A stretch of DNA of 63,815 nucleotides, the filler included, from Dugesia japonica (Eukaryota), in the NCBI GenBank assembly GCA_001938525.1. It is 6 parts of 6 records of this genome, joined end to end, with 100 filler letters (N's around TTAATTAATTAA, not from the genome) between each part and the next. Parts side by side here need not be neighbours in the genome. Positions count along the whole stretch, not along the records: positions 48,908 to 63,815 come from MQRL01624293.1; 5 more parts are not named here. One strand, 5' to 3'. Shown here in pieces: positions 48,908-62,803 of this stretch. Positions within the stretch are counted from its first letter, which is position 1. Each line of letters begins with the position of its first letter. The notes under the pieces are model-generated. The model had not been told where the DNA came from. It was given only the letters and a program-made list of their open reading frames with translations, and searched no databases. Position numbers and translations under genes: made by a program.

Positions 48908-49893
48908 TTTCCACCATAAAACTTAGTGAATTTAGACTCGAAAAAAAATTTGGTAACCTCACTGACTTCCTGATAGGTTTTGAATATTATCCCATTTGAA
49001 AATTTTTTGTAAAGATCGGAAAAGGTGATAATCATTTTGGCAAGGTCCTGGGAGTAAGAGGGATGTTGTTAAACAGACCAGCCAATTTCGATAATTTTTT
49101 CTCGTGTCACTCGCCATTAGTGATTTCGAATTGTCGTGTAAGATGATAACATTTTGGTGGTTCACAAAAGGAGGACGTTTTTCATGAAGTTTATCTTGAA
49201 CTCTTTACAGTTGGTGAATGTATTTATCTGCAGTAATTATTTCATTTTGATTTAACGCTGTATAGGACTTCATCATACAGACAATGAAATCTTCTTTCCA
49301 TGTTTGATTGGTTTAAGATCTGGTAAATGTGATGGATCTTTATCAAACCATTGTCTTTTACGACGTATATTTTTATATGGAACCCATTTTTATCTCATGT
49401 TATAATTTTGTCTTAAAAGTCTCCGTTTTTTGCCATGGAAATTGAGATCCGATATCCTTACTCCTAATTTGTGTTAAGCCTCTTAGCTAACCCAATTGTT
49501 TATCCTAAATTCTGTTCCAATAATGCCTTTAGAATGTTGTCATCAAAGTCAGANTAGCGACCCGTCTCTGGTTCATTGATAATTTAACGAAATTTAACAA
49601 ACCAATTTCGTTTTTATCCAATCGTATATTAGACCGTTACCGTAAACACTGAATACTTTTCAACCGTCACTGTAGCACTATTGCCTTGTTTGAATTTCCA
49701 AAGCATAACATAACGAATACGCACTCGTTCGTTCGCTATTCTAAAGATTAAATTAACAATTTAATTTATCAAACACAACGCACCAGTCACTTGTCACATG
49801 ACTAGCAAAACTCTTATTCATATAGTTGAAACAAAGAATCGTTTATCCTATCGAAAAAAATAAATCGAAAGTTATTTATGACTCAACCTAATA
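48908..49893 (-). mobile_element. Decayed mariner element
   Basis: Terminus TATTAGGTTGAGTC on the minus strand; KWVPYKN, VIILHDN, DYHLFRSLQ motifs. Confidence 0.85.
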
Positions 49894-52800
49894 TATATTT
49901 TAATAGAGAAGTGTTAATTAACGAAGTAACGGGCTAATCTTACATTTGAAAGTGTTGGAGAGATGTTCGGCCCAGTGTACATTATCGTGTACATCCTCTG
50001 GTAAAAAATTACTCCAATTACTATTATTTCTAAAAGGAAAACAAACGAATTAGAAAATGAGTAGTTTGATGTAAATATGATTAATGAATGAATAAATGGA
50101 GAAATTTCGTGATTACAAAAGACCAGGCAGTATTGTAACATGAAACCAAAATAGTAACTATATCGAATTATTAAGATAATGGGTTTCAAATGTTAAAATT
50201 TTACCGATAAAAACCGATAAAAGTCTAAGTTATCCAGCTATCAATTTTACTTTATAAAGGGTTAATACGGCCCAGCTGCCATGGAATACTCAAAGTGACT
50301 AAATGACCAGGGGTGCCAGATGTCCCGCAGGTAAAAAATTCTGACAGAATCACATTAATTGCACGATACTGGTCACGAGAAGTAGTAAGCATTTACCAGA
50401 ATCGTTTCTAACCACTCGGGAAATTTAGACATTAGTGGTTACGTAGTGTTTCATAGGATAGGTAAGACGGTCCATTTTTGGTACTTATTAACCTCTAAAT
50501 TTGGCATTTAAAAAACAATAATTTATTCTTCCCCAGAAAAATTCTTAATGTTTTCTTCATCACCTCGTGAATTATAATATGTCATCATTATTTGGAATTT
50601 ATGACAGTGCTTAAAAACTATTGGCAATGGACCGCCCTATTCATTGTACACGTCTCGATTAAAACACAAGTAAAAGCGGGATTTGTAAAAATTGTCCTTG
50701 TTTGTGCCACAAGACCTAATTCGAAATCTGAGATCCCTGCTTGTGATGCATCTGGACCACGTTTCGCGCATCCAAATTTACTGGTGTTATGAAACAAAAC
50801 AAAATATTGGAAAATAAATCAATATCATTGTTATTATCTTATCTAAATGAAATTTTATAATTTATTTCAATAGTGCAATGTAATATTAATTAATTAATTA
50901 ACTAATTAATTCATTCAGGAGAGACCGCCGGAGCAGCCAGTGATTCAAGCTCTAATTCATCCGAATCATCATCATCCAAATCCGATTCATCTGATTCAGA
51001 CTCGGATAGTGATGATGAATGAATGACGACGATTGGTCAGTGGAATATTAAATAAATACACATCAGATTTCCTAGCAGATTGTCATCTCGTCAGTATATA
51101 AATATAAATATAAATAAATATAATAATAGAATAAATACGTACAACCAATGCTGATCTGATGACATCAGGTTCACTATTCAACCTGAGTCTTTCAATCATA
51201 TCCATTTATTATTAATATTATTATTATTACACACGTGACTCGCAATTTGACTGTTTGTGTGTGTGCGTGTGTGTATGTGTGTTTGTGTAATATGTCTTAT
51301 TAGTTTATTGGAGAATGTATCTAATATTATCTCTTGTTCCTGTGTTTATATGTGTGTGCGTGTGTGTGTTGTGGCGGGCTCAATTGGTGGGCATTTGTAA
51401 ATGATGTGTATATATATATATTATTGTTGCAGTGGGAGCAACCGTTACTAAAAATTAAATTCAATATTTTACACTAAAAATATTAAAAATTTAACCATCA
51501 TTCTACAAAAATGCAATCTGTATTCAAAGAAACAAATAATTTTCTTCAAGTTTTAGTGTATAAAGAGGTGATATATCCTTTAAATGATTGTTTATTATTA
51601 ATATTATTATTATTATTATTGTTAATGACTTCATGTTAAAATGAAATAATCAGTGAGACTTATTAATAATGGATATCGTCGTTATTTTGGCTCTTATTTG
51701 TATGACTTTTCTTTTTTAAATTTGAAAATTTGTAATTCTACAATTAATTATTGTATTCACTATTATTATTGTATTATTTGGTAATATTAATATACAGTGT
51801 GAATTTGACAGTGAATGTAGCAATATGAACAATAAATGACGATAATGTTTATCCACTCGGTTTCTATTCTTTCCATTGATAAAATAAACCATTAATTTTT
51901 GTTTAAAAATATTTCATGTTTATAATTATGACAATTGAATATGTCGTAAATTTCTTTTTTTGACTGACTCCGTTCTACAATAATATTTTTATTGTTAAAT
52001 TAAAATTTCCTGATTAAAAAAAATCAAATATGCTATATTAGCATAGAAAATTCTAATCTTAATGCTTTCCATTTATGTGATATATGAAAGTTTACTGATA
52101 AAATAACTACGATGGCAAGATGTATTGTAAATTCGATTGTATATAACTTATTTTGTAAGTTTATTTGAATAATATTTTAAAATAAATCAATTGCTTAGTT
52201 TTCAAAGTTAATTTAATTGCTATTCTATTAATTGGTAGATTTAAATTACAAAAATAACATTTTAACAGAATCAACCTAAATGAGTTATTAATTCAGGCAG
52301 ATAAAAATTCAACATATACAAAATATCGTTCTATTTACGGAAGTAAAACCATATTTCAAGCATACATAAATGTGAGGCAGTTAACTATATTTTTAGCAAG
52401 TATTCTGTTTTTCGCTGCTATGAAGTTATTTTAATTGTCAGTTAAAACAATAGATTTTCTGTCTCTCCACTTCACAATATTCTTTACATTTTTAAGTACA
52501 AACCTAAGCAAATTAGACAAAGGAAAATGTGATGTAAAAATATATTTAACTTTGTTCTAAATTTTTAATTAATAAATAAGGTAAATTATTTTTTAATATT
52601 TTGAATTATGAATGATAATGCTAGTGAATTTTTTGAAAAAAATTGATTCAGGATATGATGAATAACTAGTACTGAAAGAAACTGCAGTGTGAGTTGTAAA
52701 TTATTTATGAGGTTTTAAAAATGTTNTTGGATCACGATGTGATAGCTACAATAGTAATATTTCGATTTATAAGTATTAATTTAATGAAATACAATGGTCT

Positions 52801-53399
52801 CAAACGAAGTTGGTTGCAAAGGTCATTGAATAAAGATGCTATCAATATTTAAAATTATTAAAAAGTTTAGCTTAGATTGGTGGATTTTATTTTTTCAATG
52901 AAGTGACCACGGGCAAATAAAACAAGTTGATTTAACTATACTTTTTAAGTATTGGGCTTGAACACTAAAACCTGAATAAGAAACGAGAAAAAATAAGGAG
53001 GATATCAGAAAAAAATGGAACTTGGGAAATTTGAGCACGAAAATGAAAATAACGAAAAGAGAAAGTCTGTCGAATATAATAAAAGAACCGGATGGGTGCT
53101 GGGCCAGATAATCTTAGAGATTATTATAATTATTGTTATTCTTATTATTATTGTGCAGATTATAACCAAAATTTGTCGTAGATGCCCCATATCTAAACTA
53201 TTAAAATTTTTTTTAATTATGATTCATGGATATTATATAAAAATGCATATTAAAAAAATAATACTTATTTTATAAGTATTATTTTATTAAGTAATGAGGT
53301 CTCTACGACCCTATTAATTAATATAAGCATTATTATTTCATTGCTATTATCACTATTATCACTATTATATTTAATTAATTAGCTTGTAAACGCTGATCC

Positions 53400-54340
53400 A
53401 GACAAATGTGTTACTAATCGCGTTTGAAAAATACAAAATGAGAAACTGAATCAAACCGATTAAAGTTGTATGATAAGAAAAACAAGTTTATAGAATTTTC
53501 TAAATTCCGTGTCCATCAAGTGTTAGTTACTAAACGCTCACGATGTTGTTGTTCAATGTATTGTCAGAAAGTTGCTGATAAAAGTCTGCTGCTAAATCTC
53601 CAACAGAAGTGTAAAAAAGAAAGGTGTGAGTTACGAAATGAAGTGCTGTGTATAAAGATACTGCAAACCAAATCCGATATGAAGCGGGTACAATGAAAGG
53701 AAAGGGAAATGGCCATACAGCGGGCAAACCGACTCATGGTCGATATTATAAAAATATACGCAAAACGATAATCCATTCTATTCACCTCATTAAGAACCAA
53801 TAGACAGATAAAGAAGTGAATGAGAAAGAAAATACCACCAATTTGGATAGTTGAGTCTTAATAAATAAATTGTAAGAATATGAGGTGTTACTTTTCGATT
53901 TTGTTTGGTTGTGTATGACCGTAAAGAAGTAACTGTAATCATCATGTAAGTTTTCAGTACGAGCTATTGAGTGCACTGAGGAAGTGTTGTAATCTGTGAA
54001 CTCAGAAAAAAAGCCATGTTTCAATGGTGTCACAAATATTTGCGGACTGATGAAATTACAGAAAAGGTAAATGAAGATAATTGGAGAAGTAAATTTATTT
54101 CAAATATCGAAAAGCCTAGAATGCCAACAAAAGTCTCAATGTCTGTTCATCTAACAATGTAACTGATGCTTTATTAATCGTAAAATTTAGTTCAAATTGT
54201 ATTAGGCATATAAAGCGGAAAATTTTTTCAATAATAAATGTAGTTGCTAACTCGAGAATTCATACAAATGAACATTGAAGAGGTTCTTTTTCAATGGACC
54301 GTCCAAAACTGATGATTTGGAATATATAAAAATGAATTAA
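53400..54340 (+). pseudogene. Possible hAT (KIAA1586/ZNF862-like) transposase remnant
   Basis: Broken frames ending ...IFSIINVVANSR and FNGPSKTDDLEYIK, resembling a hAT dimerization domain. Confidence 0.35.
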
Positions 54341-55199
54341 GATATTTTTCCTATAAAAAAAACCATTAAGAGCTTACGGGGCTAACACTTTAGTGTGACT
54401 ATACAGAGTTGGTGACTGTAAAGAGTGTGACTATAACGAGGTTCTACACCCAACACCATCTATTGTCGCACAAGTTGACACCATAACCAATGGCACTTCT
54501 GCATTGAGTATTTCAAAAGGAAATAAAGAAAAGCGCATATATTATGACATATTATGACATATTCTTTAATAATAAACATAGTTGCTGATATATGCACATA
54601 TGATATAGTTGATAAAAGTATATTTACTGTGAAATCTGCTGAGGGTTATTTTCAGATAGTATCTTAATATTAATTTCATATTTCGTATTCATTAGTTTAA
54701 CGCATTTCACAGTCAATTCATTTCCAAGTTTATTTCTGTTAGTAGATTTTGTGGAATTCATTGATGTAAACAATTTTTCAAAATATCTTATAATTTTTAA
54801 ACGAATGTGAAACCAAACAAGAATTAAAAAGCATTAACAAGTTTCTTAAAAATAAAATTGTTTGATAAGTAATCTCTTAAATAATCTCTTACAATATTTT
54901 CAAATTTTTAATTCTCCATTAATAGTCACGTCTGAAAAATTTTCTTTCTATCTCAGAAATCAAGTTTTCAAAATTATTTTTTACATTATCTTGTTTTAAA
55001 TTTAAATAATTCGATAGTTTGAAATTTCATTTTGTATGGATAAAGAATAAAGAGAAATGTATTTTTAAAATTTTTAAATTGATTAAAATCGCAACTGGAA
55101 AGCTTGTTTTATTTACTATCAAATGATTAAATGGTATACATATATCTGTTAATATAACTTCAAACAAATTGATAGCTTCTAAGAATTTTGTCTTCTCTT

Positions 55200-57700
55200 T
55201 AGTTGGTGTCGTCACTAATTTGGTCTTCTAACAAATTTCACAGCCACAAACTATCTTCTGCATTCGGCTTCACAAATTCTTCGCAATGTATTTGCCTCAC
55301 ATATATTCGCTCAACTCCTCCATGATATAATAATTTGTGCATTTCTTCTATTATTTCCTGGTAAGCCCGAAATTTTTGTTTAGTTAATTAAATCTTTTTC
55401 TTCAAAAATGTTTAGCTGATCCTCTTTTCCCTTTTTAATTGTATTCAATACTCTTGCTTTAATCTTCTTTTTAGCTTCACGTGACATTTGAAATTGTATA
55501 TATACCTTACATCTTGGTCTAGATTGCATATCCGCCTTATGTTGAATTCCGTTTTTATATTCCAATACCATATCTAAACTACTCAGATAATTAATCCACG
55601 TCTGACATTGTGATGTAATTGATTTTTTTCTTGTTATCTTGAAAATTAAAGGTCTATAATCTGCCCTCAGAGTAAATCTTCTACCGTAAAAGTAATGTTT
55701 TAAATGAATGCAAAATAATAAACATTTAATAACTCTTCGTGTAATGCAGTATTCCTTTTCATGACTTGTCATTGAGTATGATCCATAGGTAACAAGTCTT
55801 TCTCTTCCCTCCTTATCTCTCTGTGACAACACTGCTCCAATTGTATCGAAACTGGCACCTGTATCTAATATAAATTTTTTGTTTACGTCTGGAAAACACA
55901 ATATTGATGCAGTCATTATAGATTTTCTTTGACCCTCAAAAGTATCGTTTATTTATCGGTCCATTCTAGCTTCTTGTTGCTTGGTCCACTACAGAACGGT
56001 TCTAAAATTCTTGATTTTCTTGTGTAAATTTCAATAAATTTCTTGCATTAATTACAAATACCTAAGAAATTTCACGCAGTTAGGTTTGCCAAATGTTCTT
56101 ATTTCGTCTATTTTAGATGCTAATTATGTGCTCAAGAAATTTGATTTTGCTTTGAAGAAATTGACACTTTTTTGGATTAATCCTTAAACCAGTTTTCATT
56201 ATTTCTGTCAATACTCTGTCAATTACTTTATAATGTTGGTTTTTATTGTTCGTGAATATCAGGATATCATCAAGATAAGCTATGGCTCCTGTATTTCCGC
56301 CTACAACTTTTGTCATCATTTCTTGAAAATTTTCCGGTGCCACTACGATACCAAATGTTATTCTATTAAAACAATATTGTTCATGCTTCATTAAAAACGC
56401 CGCTTTTTCATGAGATTCTTCTTAGAGCTTTGATTTGAATTTACGGATAATATTATTCACAAACAGATTTTGAATAGCTTCTACAATGTTAGCTTCCAAG
56501 TTAATTGATTGCCTGTACGGTTTTACTTTGATTGGTTCTCTACTTGTGATTATTTTGTTTTTTTGTCAGATGTGTACGTCATACATCCAATTTATATGCC
56601 ATAAAAGATCTTATTTATTTCTACTTATCTTTAATAACCACTGATCGTCTTTAATCTTCATAATATTTAAATTTCTTGTCAATCGCTCTCCTTTTTTGTC
56701 TCCAAAGTTTTACTTCAAAATCACAGATGTTATTTTCAACTTTTTCATCCGTTTTACTATCAACTTTTGTTATAAGTTGGTATCCAAAAATCTTCTGCAT
56801 ATCTATTTCTCTAATTTGATCTGGGATCACTCTTTCTGCAACTAAGAAAGAAACCTCTTTGCAAACGTTATAAATTGTAACAATTTTCCAACAATTTAAA
56901 GTGTACTATCGTTTGCACAATCCAATCTTTCATCACTCCTTTCTAAATGTAATTTTCGTAATTTATTTTAACAAACTCATAGCATTACTTTGAGCTCCAG
57001 CTTTATTTCCTTGACTTGATACCGGAACACTTTGTCTGCCTTGCATTCCCAATATCATCCAACTTCTCAACGCCTTGCGGAGGATCAACTACTTAATTTA
57101 ACACAGAAAGACTCCAACCAACTCCTCAACGGGTGGAGCCCTGTCTTTTGGGTACTGACTTTCAGAATCATTTTCATATACTTCCTAATATCCATCGTTT
57201 GTATTGACGTCTTCATCTGAAATCGCATGTATTCGATTATATAGGTTTCTTGACGTTCCAGCAGTTACAAATATCTCAGTTGTTCTTTTCATTTTCAAAT
57301 TTGTGTAGCACTCTCAACCCCTATATTTACCATTTGTACATCGCTTACACTTAACGTCTTGATATAACCTTCTAACATGGCCACTTATTTACAACCAAAG
57401 CATTTTGTTGGTTTTTTATCTGGACAATTTGACTTTTATGTGGCTTATATATGACAAGTCCAACACTCTACCACTTTTTTCGTTGGACAATTTGCTTTAG
57501 TATGACTGATCCTATGACATAACCAACATTCAATATTTCGTTTTTCCTTTTTTTGATCTAGATAACTACTCACTGTATGATTTACAGGTTTCTGATAATT
57601 TTAACTTGTAACTCTGATGTAGAGTCTAATTACATCAACTTGATATCTTCTTTTCTCTATTTGATTTACTAATGTCATTGTTTTTTCAATTTATTCTATC
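55200..57700 (-). mobile_element. Ty3/gypsy retrotransposon remnant (gag knuckles, RT, RNase H, integrase start)
   Basis: Knuckle array at 57330-57535; RT FNRITFG..APENFQ..AYLDDILIF; RNase H FILDTGAS..IGAVLSQ...RFTLRADY. Confidence 0.9.
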
Positions 57701-58679
57701 TTCTGTGGTTAACTCTGTGGTGGAATAGATAAATAAAAATTTAAATAAAATTAATTAAGTAATATTGTAAATAAGCCAGAATAAATATATGCAATAAAAA
57801 TTGAAATTATATGCAAAATGATAACAGAAATTCGTAAATTAAATTTTAAAGTAAAAGAATGATAAATGAGTAAATTACAACGTTTGTAAAGAACACTGGA
57901 ATTATTTAAATGGTATTTAAATCAAATAATAAATTAAAAATGATAGTAAAAGGAATGAATGTATTAACAGTGAAATAGTAAAGATGTATATAATCTAATG
58001 ATTATTAAATTATTAACAATATGAAACATTGAGGTAGAATTTTAAGTAAAATATTTATAATACTAATTAAAATAAATTAGCAATAATATAAAAAAGACAG
58101 AAAATAAAATCAAAATAATGCCTAAAAAAGTGAATAATGAAAATGAACAACTATTTATACTCTTAGAAAATTGGCTATCGATAAATCAAGTTGACATGAG
58201 TAAACAAAAAAGAATCGTTTTCAAATAAGGAATATGGAAGAAAATAGGAAATTAATCAATTTAGATTAACTTATTAAACACCAAAGTTCTCAGTGTGTTT
58301 ACATTGAGCAAGTAATTACGAAAAAAATCCAAATAAAATTAAAAGATTTTTATTATTAAGAAAAATAGTTGTGAGGAATACGCACCTCATTAATAATACT
58401 TTCTTCCTTTGTATTCATTACAAAAGAATAACTGAAAAACAATGATTAAAGATCTTTAAAATAAAATATATTATAAATAAATATAATTATTGTTTAAAAA
58501 TAAATTACAACTTCATTAAAACTTAATCAACACTTAAATTACAAATCAATCGCAATGAAATAGTAAAAACTTTATAAAAATGTACAAAATTTACTTTCTT
58601 ATGCAAATTTTCGTCAAATAACTTTACAAAACTGAAATATTAAAACAACCTACAAAATTCTCCTTTAAAAAATTTTTAA

Positions 58680-61510
58680 AAGTTCCCTTTATATCCCTCT
58701 AATTTAAGAATTTTTAAAATTTTTTCTATATTTCTCTCAATCTTCTTACCGTTCTCTGCTTCTAGAAAATATCTTCTCTCATGTACCTTCCCGATGACTT
58801 GATATGGCTCCACAAATCTGTCCTGATTCTTATCTTTGACTTCTGCCTTTATCACCTTTTCGAACTGTATTTTTGTTTGAATTTGTCTCCTCTCTTTAAC
58901 ATCACCAGTACGCTGATCCGTATATCATCTTTCTCTACTGATATGCCTTCCAAATATTAACTATGCATGACTCATTTGTGTAGTCTTTTGTTTCGTTGCG
59001 TTTATTGCGAAATATATTTCTGGTTGAATACCTGCCTAGTCTGTTGTCCCTCTTTCTTTCATTGTAGCCGTCAACCATTCTCGCATAGTACGAAATTGTT
59101 TCTCGATCTGTCCGTTTGTATTATGATGGTACGGGCTTGATGATTGTAATTTGCTATTGAATTTCTCTGCGAATTCTTTCATAACATTTGATTCAAATAC
59201 CTTCCCGAAATCTGATCGCAACACTCTGGGGCATCCAAATTGCAAGATCTAATTCTTAAAAATTGACTCTACAATTGCTACTTCATCTTAACTTGATAAT
59301 GCTACCAGTACTATATACTTACTATACTGATCAATCATTCCCAGTATATATTTCTTTCTGCCTTTTGTCTCTCTCCATGGTCCACAAATATCTACATAAA
59401 CTACCTGAAAACACTTAAACGTCTCCGATTTCATTGTTACTTTTTTCGTAGCGAGATCACCGCTTTGTTCTCTGACAGATTTTACAGCTATATACAACTT
59501 CCAGAATCCGTTGTCTCAACTGTGGTCGTTCAAACTTATTCTTCATATATTTCTTTGTCTTTTCCACATCCGCGTGACACAATAACTTATGTATCTCTTG
59601 ATTTTATCTTTCATTTGTTCTTCTACAATCCACAGTTTTGGGTTAGTCTTATCTCTATCTGTTTCTTAGTTTTACATTCCAATCTTCTGAAATTTCATTC
59701 AACGTTCTAGTTTTAATCTTTCCTTTCATTGCATCCGTATGTATCGTCTGACATTGAACACATGACTCACAACCTGGTCTCAATAACATATTGGCATTGC
59801 TGTGAAGAATGCCTGTCCTATACTCCAGTAGCATATCTAAACTGCTTAGTTAATTGATCCACGTCTGAAACTGTGATTTTATTGACTTTTTAGTTGTCAA
59901 CATAAACGTTATTGCTTTGTGATCTGTCCTTAATGTAAATTTCCGTCCATAAAGATTATATTTCAAATATACACAGAAATAGTACACCGCCAATACTTCC
60001 TATCTGGTAATACAATATCCTTTCTCCTGTGCCAACATTGCATGCGATCCATAAGCCATCACTTTTCCTTTACCCTGATTGTGTTTCTGAGATAATACCC
60101 CTCTTTCAAAACTAGCGTCTGTGTCTAAAAAAAATCTTTGCTCAAATCTGGGAAATTCAGAATTGGCCCCGATACTAAAGCATTTTTAAATCTTGAAAAA
60201 TTTCATCCAATTCACTAGTCCAATCCAACTTTGTATTACTTGGACCACAACATATTTTTCCAATTTCCTGGTCTTAATTGCCTACTCCTCCAGCTGTATA
60301 TCTTTAAACTTTTTTAAGCAACACATACTTATTACATTAATACGGGCTCACGTATTTAATAAACATACTAGCTTAACATTCTGAATTCTTACTAAAACAT
60401 TAGATCTGCCTTTTAATTTTTCATAAGAAATTGTATTCTCTTTTCTACCTTCAATCGCTCCAATCCATTCATTACTATCCGAACTACTAAATGTTTCTCT
60501 CGTAAAAAATCAATACGCTTTCTCTCCTATTTTCCATCTATTCTCCCACAACTCTGATCCTTGAGGATAACTGCCAAAATTTCCGCTTAATGGATGGCTC
60601 CAATCAACTCCTCTACCGATGGAGCCCACTCGCTTGGGAAAGTATTTCCTTCCTTGTCATCTGTCTTGCAGTTTACATGCTGTTCATCTCTACATTATGT
60701 TCATTTCTATCATATTAAATTGATTATATCGATTCCTTTCCTCATTCGTTGTTTGTNTCTCTCATCTGTCTCATTCCCGAAATATCATAACAATTTCCCG
60801 CCCTATGAGCCTTAATATTGCATCTTCCGCCTCTCATTTCTGGACACCATCTTTTTATGTGTCTTACTTTTCCACATCCAAAATATCTCACAGGTCGTCT
60901 TTGTGGACACTTTCTACTCAAATGCCTCTTTCTATGACACCACCAACATTCCATTATTTCTTTTACCGGACAATTTTCTGTCTTGTGACAAACTTTGCGA
61001 CATATCCAACATTCCAACTGTTGATTTAATTTACTTCCATCTACTGGTGTACCCCTTAAATGTAGTTTTGGATTCTGAAAATCGCGATTTACCACCTGCA
61101 TATAACTTCAAACAACATTAATTTGTTCTTTCGTTTTCTCCAGTTGGTCTAACAGAACTAAAGTTTCCTTAATTTCTTCCAGTTTTTCTAATTTTCTTAG
61201 TACCACGTCTTCCTCAACTCTTCTATTTTCTGAACAAAATACTAACGTTTTGGCGAGTAATTTCTACTTTGTAATGTCTTTGTTATCAATTATCCTGTCG
61301 ACCAGATTCTCCACTTTCTTTACATATATAACAACATCTAAATTTCCCCTTTTAAAATTTACTAAATTCTGAAAATCTTCTACTATATCCTTTTCTTTTC
61401 GAACGCCAATCGTAGCCTCGATTGAAATTCTTCCATCTTTTTTGCCATCTTAACATAATCTTCTACTGAATCTTCATCCAGTAAACAAAGGAATAGTCTC
61501 TCCTGTTCTT
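58680..61510 (-). mobile_element. Ty3/gypsy retrotransposon remnant (gag, RNase H, integrase; RT not visible)
   Basis: Five-knuckle gag at 60780-61020; FLDTDAS...KFTLRTDHKAI; VYVDICGP..IDQYSKY, PRVLRSDFG, SSPYHHNTNGQIEKQFRT. Confidence 0.9.
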
Positions 61511-62329
61511 TAGAAAATAATAAAATAAAATCAACAGTAGTCAAAATGAATAATAAACATATCAATAGATTTATTAAATTGAACAAAATGATGTAGATAC
61601 AATTTTCTTAAAAATTATCAAGTATGAATAAAAATTGATATCATGACATAGTATGAACAAATACAAAACGGATATCAATGTAAAATAAAGATGAAAGAAT
61701 TAACAAACTGAAAACTTACGTTAATTACAGTAAAATGACATAAAGTTTGAAAATTAATGAGAAGACATTTTATATTAAATTTTGAAGTTAAACATTATAA
61801 ACCAAATTTGAACAACTAAAGTTAAGAAAATAATAAAATAACATACTTAATCATATTGAGGGAGGTTATAGACTAATATTAATGATAATTTCGATTATTA
61901 TAAAATTTGGGTGTTTCAAACCTGAACCCTACATTAGAAATAAAAAGTAGAAGTTAATATGCGACCAATCAAATAGCAGTGTGATTTACTCAGTGTTATT
62001 GGTTCTTTGAGTATGTATTTTTATCTTGATGACATTTTATTTAAAATATATTTTTATTGGTTTTTTGTCAAGTATAGATTGTGCATGTTTGTAAAACTGA
62101 TATATAAACAATTGTAAATGCTCATGAAATTTTGTGAAAGTGCTTATAAACTCTAACCCTATTTAGTGAAAATAAATATTTGTTAGAAGATCTTAGTGAT
62201 ATCATTGATTTGACAGTCAATATAAAGAAGCCTCAAGAAGAAACTTTATCTGAGATTGAAGCCAGATTTCTTATCAAGTCAGTAAATTTTAGTAGTAAAC
62301 GAGCTTAATTGTTGGAAACTTCAACACTT

Positions 62330-62803
62330 CAAAGTCACGTCTTCACTTTTTGGTTATCTGAACAATATACTAGCATTTTTGCTACTATTTCTTCTTCAGT
62401 AAAATCTTTATTGTAATTAATCTTTTTACTAATCCTTTACATTCTTAAAATAAACTTGAATCTCTTTATTTCCACTCCTGTAGTTAATCAAATGTTGAAA
62501 ATCTTTGATAACATCTTTCTTTGTCTCAAATGCAAAACTTAAACGAGCTAGAAACATGTCAATCATTTTCAACGTCTTTGCATAATCTTCCAAGAAATCA
62601 TCATCTAACAAACAAGAGACTAATCTCTTCTGTTGTTTCATCAAGGTAATGTATTTAACGTCACAATACAGTTCACAACGCTTTATGAATTTTTCGATAT
62701 CATTTGGTAATAACCATCTGTTATTGAATAGGTATATACCTCTGCTAGGTAAATCTTCAAATGATAATTTATTTTCGAAATCAGAAAAATTATTTTTAGA
62801 CAT
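62330..62803 (-). pseudogene. Gag N-terminal fragment of the same gypsy family
   Basis: IEKFIKRCELYC...LVSCLLDDDFLEDY...RLSFAFE resembles LFLCLLDEDSVEDY...RLRLAFE at 61383-61510. Confidence 0.65.
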
